Positions 1 to 10,585 of a stretch of DNA of 20,000 nucleotides are shown here, piece by piece. Below the pieces are notes generated by a model, which saw nothing but the letters and a program-made list of their open reading frames with translations, was not told the origin of the DNA and searched no databases. The position numbers were made by a program, and so were the translations under genes. Position 1 is the stretch's first letter. Each line of letters starts with the position of its first letter. This DNA is from Malacoraja senta (taxonomy: Eukaryota): assembly GCA_038087875.1 (NCBI GenBank), contig JAXLNO010000098.1, forward strand, positions 48,280 through 68,279, read 5' to 3'.

Positions 1-335
1 GATTGATGGAGAGGACGGGGTAGGGAGGTAGGGGGAAAGTGCGGGAGGTGAGGAGAGTAGGGGAGGAGGGGAAATAGAGGAAGAGGAGGGCGGAGGTAGG
101 GAGTGGGGAATAGAGGGAGAGGAGAGCAGTGGGGAAGGTCAGGAGGGATGGGGGGGGGGTGAGTGGGGGATGGAGGAATAGGAGGGTGGTAGGGAGGGAT
201 GAGGAGTTATGGAGGGAGTGACTGAGGGTAGGGGAATGGAGAGGGAGGGAGGGAGAGGTGAGAAATAGATTGGGGAGGGAAGGAGGAGAGGGAAGGTGAA
301 GAGGAGGGGGAGGGAGTGCTGGGGGATGAGGGGAA
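1..335 (+). repeat. Low-complexity purine/G-rich (GGA/GAGG) tract, probably internal to the element ending at 459
   Basis: Almost entirely G and A on the + strand, with many G3-G10 runs. Confidence 0.9.
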
Positions 336-459
336 ATGAGCCGTGTCTGCGCAGTTGGGGGCTATGCGTGAGTGGTGGAATATTGCGTTGAAGGGACGGG
401 TTGCATTGGGGGCCAGGCCTCCCGTGTGACAGGGACCCAACAGGTCCCATTTAGTCTAG
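1..459 (+). mobile_element. Probable non-autonomous Helitron, 3' portion (5' end upstream of the window)
   Basis: GC hairpin GGGACC-caaca-GGTCCC (432-448), 7-nt spacer, CTAG (456-459), then host T, followed by an abrupt switch to AT-rich DNA. Confidence 0.65.
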
Positions 460-1214
460 TAGTTAAATATTTTCCAATCATTTCTGTCTCTTAATTTTAT
501 CATGCAAGGCCCAGCCACAGCATGGGGCTTTGCTATTAAGGAGCTGGCAAGTTTAGAAATGCAAATCAATCGTGGTGGATCCTGAAATGGTAATATCACA
601 CATGCCGTGCAGGTCAATGATGAGTTGGCAGCAATTTCTGACCTTTACATTTCACTCTGATCTCTGTACCTAACTTCAAGAAGCAACGTCAGAAAAAGCC
701 ATCGATTCTCTGCTATCCTCTAAAATCACATTATCCACTATTTCAGAGTGAGTGAAATTAAAACCTGTTATTTTAAATGTTTATACATCTCTCACTGCAT
801 TAATGCCACTGATCTGATTGATTGTTTTGGGACCTACTGGATTTAAAAATACTTAAAACTGGCTGAGGCACAGATTAAGTCTCTAAACACTGCCAGTGAT
901 TGGTTCTTCCAAGATTATCATTATTGTTCTTCCGAGCTGCTGGCTTGTAAGTTTATTTTTGCAATTTAGTGAATATCACCCATCTGTCGCCAGTTATTTG
1001 CTGGGCGACGGCATTAAACTGTTTTTTTAATTAATGGATCTGTTCAACATAATATACAATGCCAAACATTCCTCGTTAGATGAAATATTTCTGAACTATT
1101 GCGTTACAAATCACATTTTGTTGATCTTGCATATTATTCCAAAGAGATGTTTTTAAATAGTTATGGAAAGGAATGGGAGTTTTAGGACGAACTAATCAAT
1201 TTGAGGGTAGTAGG

Positions 1215-1443
1215 CCGGGGTTTTCAGGGGGTGTTATTTGCAAGTAAAAGGTCGTCTGGTAAGTGCGAGGGTTTTAAATGTGATTTGATGAGGGTTCACA
1301 GCCAGCATATTCCTGTTAGAGTGAAGGTCAAGGCTGGCAGGAGTAGGGAGCCCCGGATGAGGGGATATACGGAAGCTCTGGTCAGGTAAAAGTAGGCATA
1401 CATCAGCATTAGGCAACAGGAACAATGAACCTCTTGAGGAATT
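1215..1443 (+). mobile_element. Degenerate CR1 LINE ORF2 fragment (endonuclease-RT linker)
   Basis: Translates to LFASKRSSGKCEGFKCDLMRVHSQHIPVRVKVKAGRSREPRM, resembling the CR1 ORF2 linker of the HVPVRVKGKAGR..EPWM type. Confidence 0.7.
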
Positions 1444-1449
1444 GAGTTT

Positions 1450-1652
1450 TACTGAATCTCATTGGAGACCCTCGGACTATCTTTAATTGGACTTTACTGG
1501 ACTTTATCTTGCACTAAAGATTATTCCCTTTATCCTATATTTGTACACTTTGGATGGCTCGATTGTAATCATGTATAGTCTTTCCGCTGACTCGATAGCG
1601 CACAACAAAAGTTTTTTACTGTACCTCGGTACACATGACAATAAACTAAATT
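1450..1652 (+). mobile_element. 3' UTR/tail of a non-LTR retrotransposon (family uncertain)
   Basis: Ends ...ctcggtacacatgacaataaactaaa: AATAAA plus a short (AAACT)-type tail, resembling an abundant elasmobranch LINE 3' end (recalled). Confidence 0.6.
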
Positions 1653-1844
1653 AAGCTAAAGTACTCCACCCTGCTTCCTGAAAGTGTTGACCAGCTCCTT
1701 TGTTTGCTAACATTGGGGGATGGGTTGTGAACTTTGCTTCATTTTGTTTTTGGCATCTGTTATGTTGTAAATTTAATATGCAATATGAAATTGTATGGAG
1801 TGATAGCTCTGAATCCAAAGATATTCTCAATAAGGGGGGAGTAG

Positions 1845-2111
<267 letters not shown>

Positions 2112-2244
2112 TGATCTTGTCAAGTCTGTGAAATGTTTTTTAAACCTGTATTTGTGAGTGTATATATCATAGTCTCTTGATTTGACCCTGTGGGAGGTGA
2201 CTTTATTTTTCCAGTTGCACTCAGATTAGCAATCTTAATTGACT

Positions 2245-2525
2245 GTTCAGGGGTGCAGGTATTGGAGCCACGTGCCAGGGACCTGGGATTAATCTTGACA
2301 TCCAGTGCTATCTGTGTGGATTTTGCATGTTTTCTCCTGTGGCCACGTGAAGTTTTTCTCCAGGTGCTTCAGTTTCATCTTCACCCCAAATATATGCGAG
2401 GGTAGGCTAATTGGCCACTGGCAGCTGGCTGTAGTGTGTAGGCCAATGTTATAAATTAAGGGAGAGGGAGGAAGTGTTGATAATATTGTGAGAATAAAAG
2501 TGGGATTAATGTAGCTGGATGGTTG
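2245..2525 (+). mobile_element. Degenerate tRNA-derived V-SINE (HE1-like)
   Basis: V-domain-like tgtgtggattttgcatgttttctcctgtg...tttctccaggtgcttcagtttc...ggtaggctaattggcc; similar to the copies at 16241 and 16903. Confidence 0.75.
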
Positions 2526-2983
2526 TTGCGTATCTAAGATAGGTTATTTACTAGCTCCCCAAGAATCTCTTTGTATTTTGCTATAAAAATCTAAGTTCCT
2601 TTTAATTTATTATAGATTTCCAGCGTCTGCAGTTCTTTCTTGATTTATTTGATGGCCTTGCATTGTTTGCTTTGCCACAAATTATAACATACTTCTTCGA
2701 TCAGATCAAACTAAACTTTAATTTTTAAGAACTCTTACCACGGCTTCCTTTTTTTAGAAATAAACCCAATTTGTTTAGCTAACTGCAATTAAGCAGTTGA
2801 GGGTATATCGCAGCCTGCGAACGTGGAGTGTATCTTGGATTTCAAGGCTTAACTGTAGAAGTGCAGAACACAGGAAGTTGCTATATGATTTGCCATATCA
2901 TGATAAGTCCCCAGAGCGCTGTCACTATATAGAATAGTAGGGGCACTGAACCATGTCCTTTGGCCCACGTAAGGTAAAAATCA

Positions 2984-3225
2984 ATGTCAAGTCAAGAGTG
3001 TTTTATTGTCATGTGTCCTGGATGGGACAATGAAATTCTTACTTGCTGCAGCACAACAGAATATGTGAATATGTAAACACAGTACATAACGGGGAAGAGA
3101 AAAAAAGTTCAATAAATAACAAATATAGTGCAGTAGTAATAGTCTTTTGCAGCTCAGAGTTTATTTGTTGTTGTGTTTAATAGCCTGATGGCTGTAGGGA
3201 AGAAGCTGTTCCTGAACCTGGACAT
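2984..3225 (-). mobile_element. 3' end of a Rex1/Babar- or L2-like LINE
   Basis: Minus strand 3219-3175 encodes RFRNSFFPTAIRLLN, a typical ORF2 C-terminus, followed by a 3' UTR, AATAAA and a short (CTTGA) tail. Confidence 0.75.
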
Positions 3226-3803
3226 TCTGGATGATCCCCTTAAATGTGCACCATTGCATCTCAACTGACTGAACCCTGAACATGCCTGTTCACTTTCACC
3301 AGCTTTGCTTTCATGCTCTCAAAATTACCCCGATTTAAGTTTAAAATTCTAAACATCTGTCTTTCGTCCAATCAATTTGCTTCAAAATTTTCCTCCAGTG
3401 TTTATTTTTAACTTTCCTTTATCATTGTGTATTCTGATTTGTTTTTTGTGGAATGATATTTGTGTCTTGAAGTTCATGCAGAATATTGATTCACATTCCA
3501 TGTGTCATGTTCATTTTGAATATGGTAACTTGAATTGTATATTTAATATTCTGATTAAGTGTGATAAATATCTTGACTGCTTACTTTGTTGCCTGTTTAA
3601 TAATTCTATTATGGAAATAGCTCTTGGAACAAAATAGTGTGACAACAATTTTTTTTTTAAAAACACTATAATAAACCACTGTACTAAAAGATCTTTTCTG
3701 GAAATAAATGCTTTATTCGTACAGCAATATTTTTGAAAGTTTGATCTCAGCAGCTTTAACGTTAGCACATTGGAAATACTCACTTGGATCAATCTCAACA
3801 TGA

Positions 3804-3995
<192 letters not shown>

Positions 3996-4379
3996 TAAGC
4001 TGTTGATTTGATTTTTCACCGTTTTACTTTCGCTCCCAAACCGCCACACACACACCTCCCTATCTCAAATCATTTAATTAGTACTAGAATACAATTCTTG
4101 ACCATTGCACAGATTGTTTTGCATACGCAAGACTTTGTAGACATCCTTGGCTCTTTGATAAAATAAAACGTGACAACATTCATTATTCAAATCTAGATAA
4201 TCTTTCTTGACAGCAGTTGAGTTCAATGGTACTCAAATGTTTTGGTTCACCCTATTATATGCTTAGTAAACTAAGCTGAGGTCATGGCACATTTGCTGTC
4301 GTGTTTAATATTGCTTATTTCTGCCCAGAATAAGGACCTGCCCTTGCTGATCACTCTATATAGTTTATATTTGCAGATA

Positions 4380-4748
4380 CAGGTCCACCACCGATTTTTC
4401 TGGCACCCTTTGCTCCAGAGCTTTTCTGAATTATTATCTGTTTTGCCAAACCAACATAGGTCATGGCCTCGGCGTAATTGAATGGTCCGCCTAGGTTGCT
4501 GATGGGCTGAGGTACCGGCCCGCAAGGTCGGTGTCAGAAGTTGGTTATGGGAATGGATCCGCCAGCTCTGGTCGGGCCGGAGTTCCAGGGCTCTGGCAGC
4601 AGGGGGGGCAAGTTTGACCTGCAAACTGAACACGGAAGTTTCAATGCGGTGGAGATCAGCCGCCTCACCCGGCATTATTGGAGGAGGGGGGTTCCGGATA
4701 AAAGGAGGTGCCAGACCACCAGTTGCCGGAAAATTTGTGGTGGACCTG
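4380..4748. mobile_element. Tc1/mariner (Tigger/pogo-like) MITE, 369 bp
   Basis: Perfect 12-bp TIRs CAGGTCCACCAC (4380-4391) and GTGGTGGACCTG (4737-4748), extending imperfectly to about 26 bp. TA on the left and TG (mutated TA) on the right. GC/CpG-rich interior with no transposase. Confidence 0.8.
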
Positions 4749-4979
4749 TGCTGTTTCTCAGCATCATTGTGTAGATCCTTGATATTTATTTCTTGGAGTT
4801 TTCCCTTTAAACAAACAAGTTTATTTTTGTTCTGGAAATAATATCAAAGAATGGACTTTAAACATGAAACGTCTGAATGTGCAGAAGCACTGGGTTAAAA
4901 ATTAGTGACGAGGCACGTAAACTAAGCTCGGACTGTACTCTGTCACTTGCGCAAGAAACTGTTTACTTTTCAACAAAAG

Positions 4980-5250
4980 GACAACTTGCACTTTTCATGA
5001 TCATGAATGTTCCAAAGCTATCTGGCCTAATTAATTCCTTGCACTGAGTCTTGCAATGGAAGAAGTGCACTAGCTCATGTAGTTCCATTAATTCCCACAA
5101 ACAGGTCTGCAATAAAAAAACAATACTCATTTACTAATTTTTCAATTGATGGAAAAATATTATTGGGACATTGGGGGTAATTCTGCTCTTAAAATACGAC
5201 ACAAGCGGGCCATTAGTGCCAATCAGATAAGAGCTTCCCAACCTAATCTT
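4980..5250 (-). mobile_element. Highly decayed DeuSINE (SacSINE1-like) remnant
   Basis: Ordered motifs acaacttgca...ccaaagc...tcccacaaacag...aaatatt..gggacattgggg...ctgctctt follow the recalled reverse consensus of SacSINE1/Deu-domain SINEs. Confidence 0.5.
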
Positions 5251-5321
5251 ACCTTCCACCATCAAGTATGGAAACCTGCAAGTCATTGCTCCAAATGTTC
5301 ATACAATTCCTTTTTAAAATC

Positions 5322-5667
5322 TGCATTAATGATTTAAGTCAAAATGGAGTTAACATGGTAAGTAAATTTGTGGACAACCCAAAAATTAGTGGGAGAGCGG
5401 ACTGTTGAGGGAGGCTGCCAGAGTTCACAAAAGGATTTGGATCTTCTCTGGGTGGGCCAAGAAATGGTAGATAGAATTTAACTTGTGTGTGATGAATTTT
5501 GGTAAATCAAACCAGAGTAGGACTTGCACAGCAAATGGTAGGGCCCTGGAATTGTAAGAGTGGAGAGACCTCTGGATGCAGTTACGCATTTCCCTCGACA
5601 TGGGGACACGGGTAGACAAGTGGTGAAGAAAGCTTTTGGAACGCTTGCCTTCGGTCAAGGTATTGAA
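5322..5667 (+). mobile_element. CR1 LINE, left part (decayed RT), interrupted by a nested LINE
   Basis: Decayed INDL..SKF(A)DD-like RT region (attaatgattt...agtaaatttgtggacaac); continues collinearly at 6415. Confidence 0.75.
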
Positions 5668-6414
5668 TGTGTGCAGGTTGGTGTACTCAATGACTTTGTT
5701 GAGTGGTGAGGGCTGAATCACAGGCTGCAGCTCAACACTGACAAGACTAAGGAGTTAGTGGTGGACTTTAGGAGGAGAGGAACACCCCTGTTTCCATCAA
5801 TGTGGATGTGCAGTGTACCAGGGAGTACAAATACCTTGGAGTGTACTGGGACAATAAACTAGACAGGTCCAGGAACACTGAGGCCCTGCACAAGGGACAG
5901 AGCTGGCTGTACTTTTTGAGGAAGCTCCACTCCAACGATGCTGCAGATGTTCTATCAATCGGTGGTATTCAGGTCCATCTTCTTTGCTGGGGCAGCAGAG
6001 TGAAGGCTGCGGATGCCAATAGGAAAGACAAACTCATCAGGAAGGCTGACTCCGTCCTGGGGACAGAGTTGGATTCATGGGAGGTGGATATGGAGGAGAA
6101 GATGCTCCTCAAACTGCGGAGCATCCTGGACAATACAGCTCACCCCCTCCGTGTCAACCTGAGGAGTAGCTTCGGCAACAGACTGGTTCCACCAAGATGC
6201 AGTACAGAATGCCATAGGAGATCTTTCTTCCCTGTGGCTATCAAACTACAACTCCCCCTTCTGCTGTGGGTAGACTGATCCCCTTTCTCCCCCCCAATCT
6301 TCGCATATCCCCAATCCTTTCCATTTGTCACTTTGATTTCATGTATTTTGTGTTTTATGACTATTGGCAGATCAATTTCCCTCCTGGGATAAATATAGTT
6401 CTATCGTACCGTAC
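5668..6414 (+). mobile_element. 5'-truncated Rex1/Babar- or L2-like LINE nested in a CR1
   Basis: LQLNTDKTKELVVDFRR, then ORF 5802-6278 (YKYLGV..DNKL...RRSFFPVAIKL), a 3' UTR and a short (ATCGT)-like tail. Confidence 0.8.
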
Positions 6415-6975
6415 TATGGTGTTGGGACATTATGTTACAGCTGTACAAGACATTGATGAAACTACATTTGGAGTACTGTGTGAAGATCTTGTTGCACTGC
6501 TTGTAGGAAGGATGAAATTAAGAGTGTGCAGTAAAGACATGCCCAGATGCAAACAGAACTTGAGTTATAAGAAGAGGCTAGATAGGCTGGAGGCTTTCTT
6601 CCCTGGAGCGTAGGAGACTTAAGGCCTTGGAGAGACCTTGTAGAGGTATATAAAATCACAAGGAGCAAGGATAAAATGAATGGCTGCTGTCGTTTCCCAG
6701 GGCAGAGGAGTCCATAACTAGAGGACATAGATTTAAGGTGAGAAAGGAGAGATTTAAGAGACCTGAGGGCAGAGGGTGGTGCACATATGGAATGAACTGC
6801 CAGAGGAAGCTAGAGGTGGATGCAATGGTGAAATTTAAAAGACATTGAACAAGTATGTGTATAGGAAATGCTTAGAGGGATGATGGCTAAACGCAGGTAG
6901 ATGGGACTAGCTCAGCAATAAAACCTGGTTGGCATGGATATTGGACCAAGGGGCCTGCTTCCATGCTGTGTAACT
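6415..6975 (+). mobile_element. CR1 LINE, right part to its 3' end
   Basis: ORF2 C-terminal remnants (gagttataag..gaggctagataggctgg; actagaggacatagatttaagg) and a CR1 3' end ending gggcctgcttccatgctgtg. Confidence 0.8.
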
Positions 6976-7184
6976 AGACGTGAAGAGGATTTATTTGCGC
7001 TCCTTTCTGGGTGGAAAGGCAAAATTCCAAATGTTCTCGGTATCCTCCTATCAGTCACTAAATCTTTGTCCCCTTGTTTTGATCCTTTGCAAAAGGTCAG
7101 GTCTCTCATAGTTCAAAATACCTTGACCGAGAATCCCCACAGCCTCCTTTCATATTATTTCACGACCTCCTCTAGCATATTGCG

Positions 7185-8750
7185 TAGACTGATGGGACTG
7201 AAGGCTGATAAATCCCCAGGGCCTGATGGTCTGCATCCCAGTGACTCTGGAAATCATGGACGCATTGCTGATCATTTTCCAATGTTCTATAGATTCAGGA
7301 TCAGTTCCTGTGGATTGGAGGGTAGCTAATGTTATCTCACTTTTTAAGAAAGGCAGGAGAGAGAAAACGGAATTATGGACCAGTTAGCCTGACATCGGCA
7401 GTGGGGAAGATGCTGGAGTCAAGTATGAAAGATGAAATAGCGGCACATTTGGAAACAGGAACAGGATCGGTCCGAGTCAGCATGGATTTACGAAGGGGAA
7501 ATCATGCTTGACTAATCTTCTGTAATTTTTTTGAAGATGTAACTAGGAAAATTGACAAGGAAGAGCCAGTGGATGTAGTGTACCTGGACTTTCAGAAAGC
7601 ATTTGATAAGGTCCCACATAGATTAGTGGGCAAAATTAGAGCACATGGTATTGGGGGTAGAGTACTGACATGGATAGAAAACTAGTTGGCAGACAGGAAA
7701 CAAAGAGTAGGGATTAACGGGTCCCTTTCAGAATGGCAGGCAGTGACTAGTAGGATACAGCAAGGCTCGGTGCTGGGACCACAGTTATTTACAATATACA
7801 TCAATGATTTAGATGAAGGGATTCAAAGTAACATCAGCAAATTTGCAGATGACACAAAGCTGGGTGGCAGTGTGAACTGAGGAAGATGCAGGGTGACTTG
7901 GACAGGTTGGGTGAGTGGGCGGATGCATGGCAGATGGGGATAAATGAGGTTATCCACTTTGGTGACAAAAACAGGAACGCAGATTATTATCTGAATGGTA
8001 TCAAGTTGGGAAAAGGGGAAGTACAAAGAGATCTGCGAGATCCTTGTTCATCATTCACTGAAAGTAAGCATGCAGGTACAGCAGGCAGTGAAGAAAGCTA
8101 ATGGCATGTTGGCCTTCATAACAAGAGGAGTTGTATAACAAGAGGAGAGTATAGGAGCAAAGAGGTCCTTCTGCAGTTGTACAGGGCCCCAGTGAGACCA
8201 CACCTGGAGTATTATATGCAGTTTTGGTCACCAAATTTGAGGAAGGACAATCTTGTTATTGAGGGAGTGCAGCGTAGGTTCACGAGGTTAATTCCCGGGA
8301 TGGCGGGACTGTCATATGTTAATAGAATGGAGCAGCTGGGCTTGTATACCTTGGAATTTAGAAGGATGAGAGGGGTTCTTATTGAAACATATGATTATTA
8401 AGGGATTGGACACGCTAGAGGCAGGAAACATGATCCCGATGTCGGAGGAGTCCAGAACCAGGGGCCACAGTTTAAAAATAAGGGGTAGGCCATTTGGAAC
8501 GGAGATGAGGGAAAACCTTTTTACCCAGAGAGTTGTGAATCTGTGGAATTCTCTGCCTCAGAAGGCAGTGGAGGCCAATTCTCTGGATGGCTTTCAAGTG
8601 AGAGTTAGATAGAGCTCTTAAAGGTAGCAGAGTCAGGGGATATGGTAAGAAGGCAGGAATGGGGTATTGAATGTGGATGATCAGCCATGATCACAGTGAA
8701 TGCTGGCTCGAAGGGCCAAATGGCCTACTGCACCTATTGTCTATTGTCAT
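7185..8750 (+). mobile_element. 5'-truncated CR1 LINE (RT domain to tail), frameshifted
   Basis: [69 protein letters not shown] and NLWNSLP across several frames; tail cctattgtctattgtc. Confidence 0.95.
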
Positions 8751-8764
8751 TCTCTCTTGTTTTT

Positions 8765-8990
8765 TCACCCTCACAACATCTTATAAATCTCTACTGCACT
8801 TTCTCCAGTCCAGTTGCATTGCTTGTATGATGTGGCCAGAATAGTGCGAAGTACTTTAGCTATTGTATATAGTTAGCCTAACTTTCCTGCTCTTATTTCT
8901 CACCTAAGTAAGGAAAGCAACCAATTTGGCACTTTATTCTATGTATCCTTCCTACAGTTTAACGTCCCTTGGTTCTTTCATAACATTCAA
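8765..8990 (-). mobile_element. Old decayed CR1 fragment
   Basis: caacatcttataaatctctactgcactttctccag...tgtggccagaatag resembles the reverse complement of CR1 ORF2, compare 12403-12470. Confidence 0.5.
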
Positions 8991-9254
8991 TATTCAGTAA
9001 ATGGCAGAATATTTGTATGCTTTGTACCATCTTCCATAATATCTTTTTACTAAATATTTTACTACAATTTCTTTTTCCAATTTCCTGACAATTGTGGAGA
9101 AAATTAGCATCTTTCTGCATTGTAAAGCTTTCCTCTTCACTGTCAACCGTACTGCCAGTTCTGTACCATCTGCCCCGTGCCAGGCTCGTGACATAATCCT
9201 TTGTATTCGGCTAAGAAGACGGGTTCTTAAGTTCGATAATATGCTTAATTTAGA

Positions 9255-9510
9255 GCTACAGGCTGGAAACAGCCCCTTCGCCCCACCGAGTCCATGCCGA
9301 CCATTGATCACCCATTCACACTCTTTCTATGTTATCCCCTCCATGCAGACTCAAACGTGATGTTTCTCATCCACTCCATACAGGCTAGGGGCAATTTTTA
9401 CAGAGGCTAATTAACCTGCAAACCTGCAGATCTTTGAGGTGTGAGAGGACACCCACATGGTCACAGTGAGATTGTGCAAACACCACTCTGGGTCTCTGGC
9501 ATTGAGGGGC
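9255..9510 (-). mobile_element. V-SINE (HE1-like), reverse orientation
   Basis: ggaaacagccccttcgccccaccgagtccatgccgacca...ggggcaattttt..aattaacctgcaaacc...cacatggtcacag is the reverse complement of the + strand SINE copies. Confidence 0.8.
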
Positions 9511-9544
9511 TAGATTTGTCCGTCTAGATTTTATGTTTGTCTCT

Positions 9545-9775
9545 GAAACCTGTAGCTTTCTGAGTTGAGAGGGAAAAGTGCTACTAATTGAGCTAATTGG
9601 TATGTGAAAATGGTAATGTTACTGAAGTTGTACCTGTGCATTTAGGTTATATTTCGGATAAATATTAGCCAGGACATCCCTAATGTGATCATCTAGGTTC
9701 AGCTGAAGGATCAGATGGATCGTCAGTTTAACATCCAATGCAAAAGTATGCACACACTCAGGAGTGTAGCATTAA
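9545..9775 (-). mobile_element. Decayed SacSINE1/DeuSINE-like pieces (tRNA-like head and Deu domain)
   Basis: The reverse complement of 9545-9595 resembles a tRNA-derived head (tagctcaattagtagcact...). 9655-9775 (ggataaatattagccaggacat...gtttaacatc) resembles the Deu domain. Confidence 0.45.
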
Positions 9776-9904
9776 AGCTGTGAACACATTTGAAATGTTG
9801 CCTGTGGTATTGGGAAACCGTGACCAATAAAGGTTTGGTGGTTAAAATTCTACCATAAGCACAATATAAACAGAATTTAAAATCATCAGAAGCAGTTACA
9901 GGCT

Positions 9905-9950
9905 ATTTATTCTTTGTTCTCCCCCACCATTTATTCTTTGTTCTCCCCCA
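9905..9950 (+). repeat. Tandem duplication: 22-bp perfect repeat, 24-bp period
   Basis: atttattctttgttctccccca at 9905-9926 and 9929-9950. Confidence 0.95.
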
Positions 9951-10019
9951 TTTAGCACAATTATGAGCTAATCTTTTACTGCCTCTTTCCTACTCTAATC
10001 CCAGTATTTTTTGATTATC

Positions 10020-10585
10020 ATTTAACATTCACAAATCAACTGCTCTCTTTTGAATGAGACTCGTAAGCCTCCTGGGCAGAAAATTCCAAATATTCATTAC
10101 CTTCTGAGTGAGGAATTATCTTCTCATTTCAGTTTGAAATGGGTGACTCCCTTTGAGACACTGCCTCATGCCAGAACTGTGAAATATTACCTCGCATCTG
10201 CCTTCAAATTCCATAATGAATTTTCACATTTCAATTGAATTACATTATTCTTGACTCTGGAGAGTGAAGGCCAATTTTACTGAATCCCTCCTAATGGGGG
10301 AAAAACGATAGTGATTAAGTAAATTTGGCCTATATTCTCAGGAGATCAATCTGGTGAACTCTTTGCAAGTAAGTATTTCCTTCCCTGAACAGTGGTTAAA
10401 CCTGTACATCCAATTCCAAGTATTTTCGAGACAGGCCCATTCAAATGCAGTAAAATGTCTTTACCTGTGTATTTAGATCTTCTGATAATAAAAGCCAACA
10501 CACTATATGCCTATCCAATTGCTCGTGGTACCTGCATGTTAACTTTCAATGATTTGTGTACACAATCCCAGGTGCCTGTGCCATC
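10020..10585 (-). mobile_element. Old decayed CR1 3' region
   Basis: ggcagaaaattccaaatattcattaccttctgagtgagg and aaagccaacac...gtacctgcatgttaactttcaatgatttgtgtac match the reverse complement of CR1. Confidence 0.65.

Noticed and set aside
139..450. Proline/serine-rich minus-strand ORFs (103 and 77 aa)
   Set aside because: Artefacts of the C/T-rich complement of the low-complexity G/A tract, with no splice or domain support.
611..644. C-box-like ATGATGA plus CTGA, flanked by inverted AGGTCA/TGACCT
   Set aside because: Only 14 nt separate the boxes and the terminal stem register does not fit a C/D snoRNA. The 22-nt spacing is too long for a standard nuclear-receptor palindrome.
2612..2642. 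Short Penelope-tail-like motif (gatttccagcgtctgcagttc)
   Set aside because: About 30 bp only, too short to call as a feature with confidence.
4271..4841. Cluster of overlapping ORFs (134, 65, 77 and 75 aa)
   Set aside because: They overlie the GC-rich MITE and show no transposase or other recognisable motif.
6934..8612. RT-like ORFs as an active retroelement, retron or novel RT system
   Set aside because: Standard CR1 ORF2 split by many frameshifts and stops, 5'-truncated and lacking the endonuclease.
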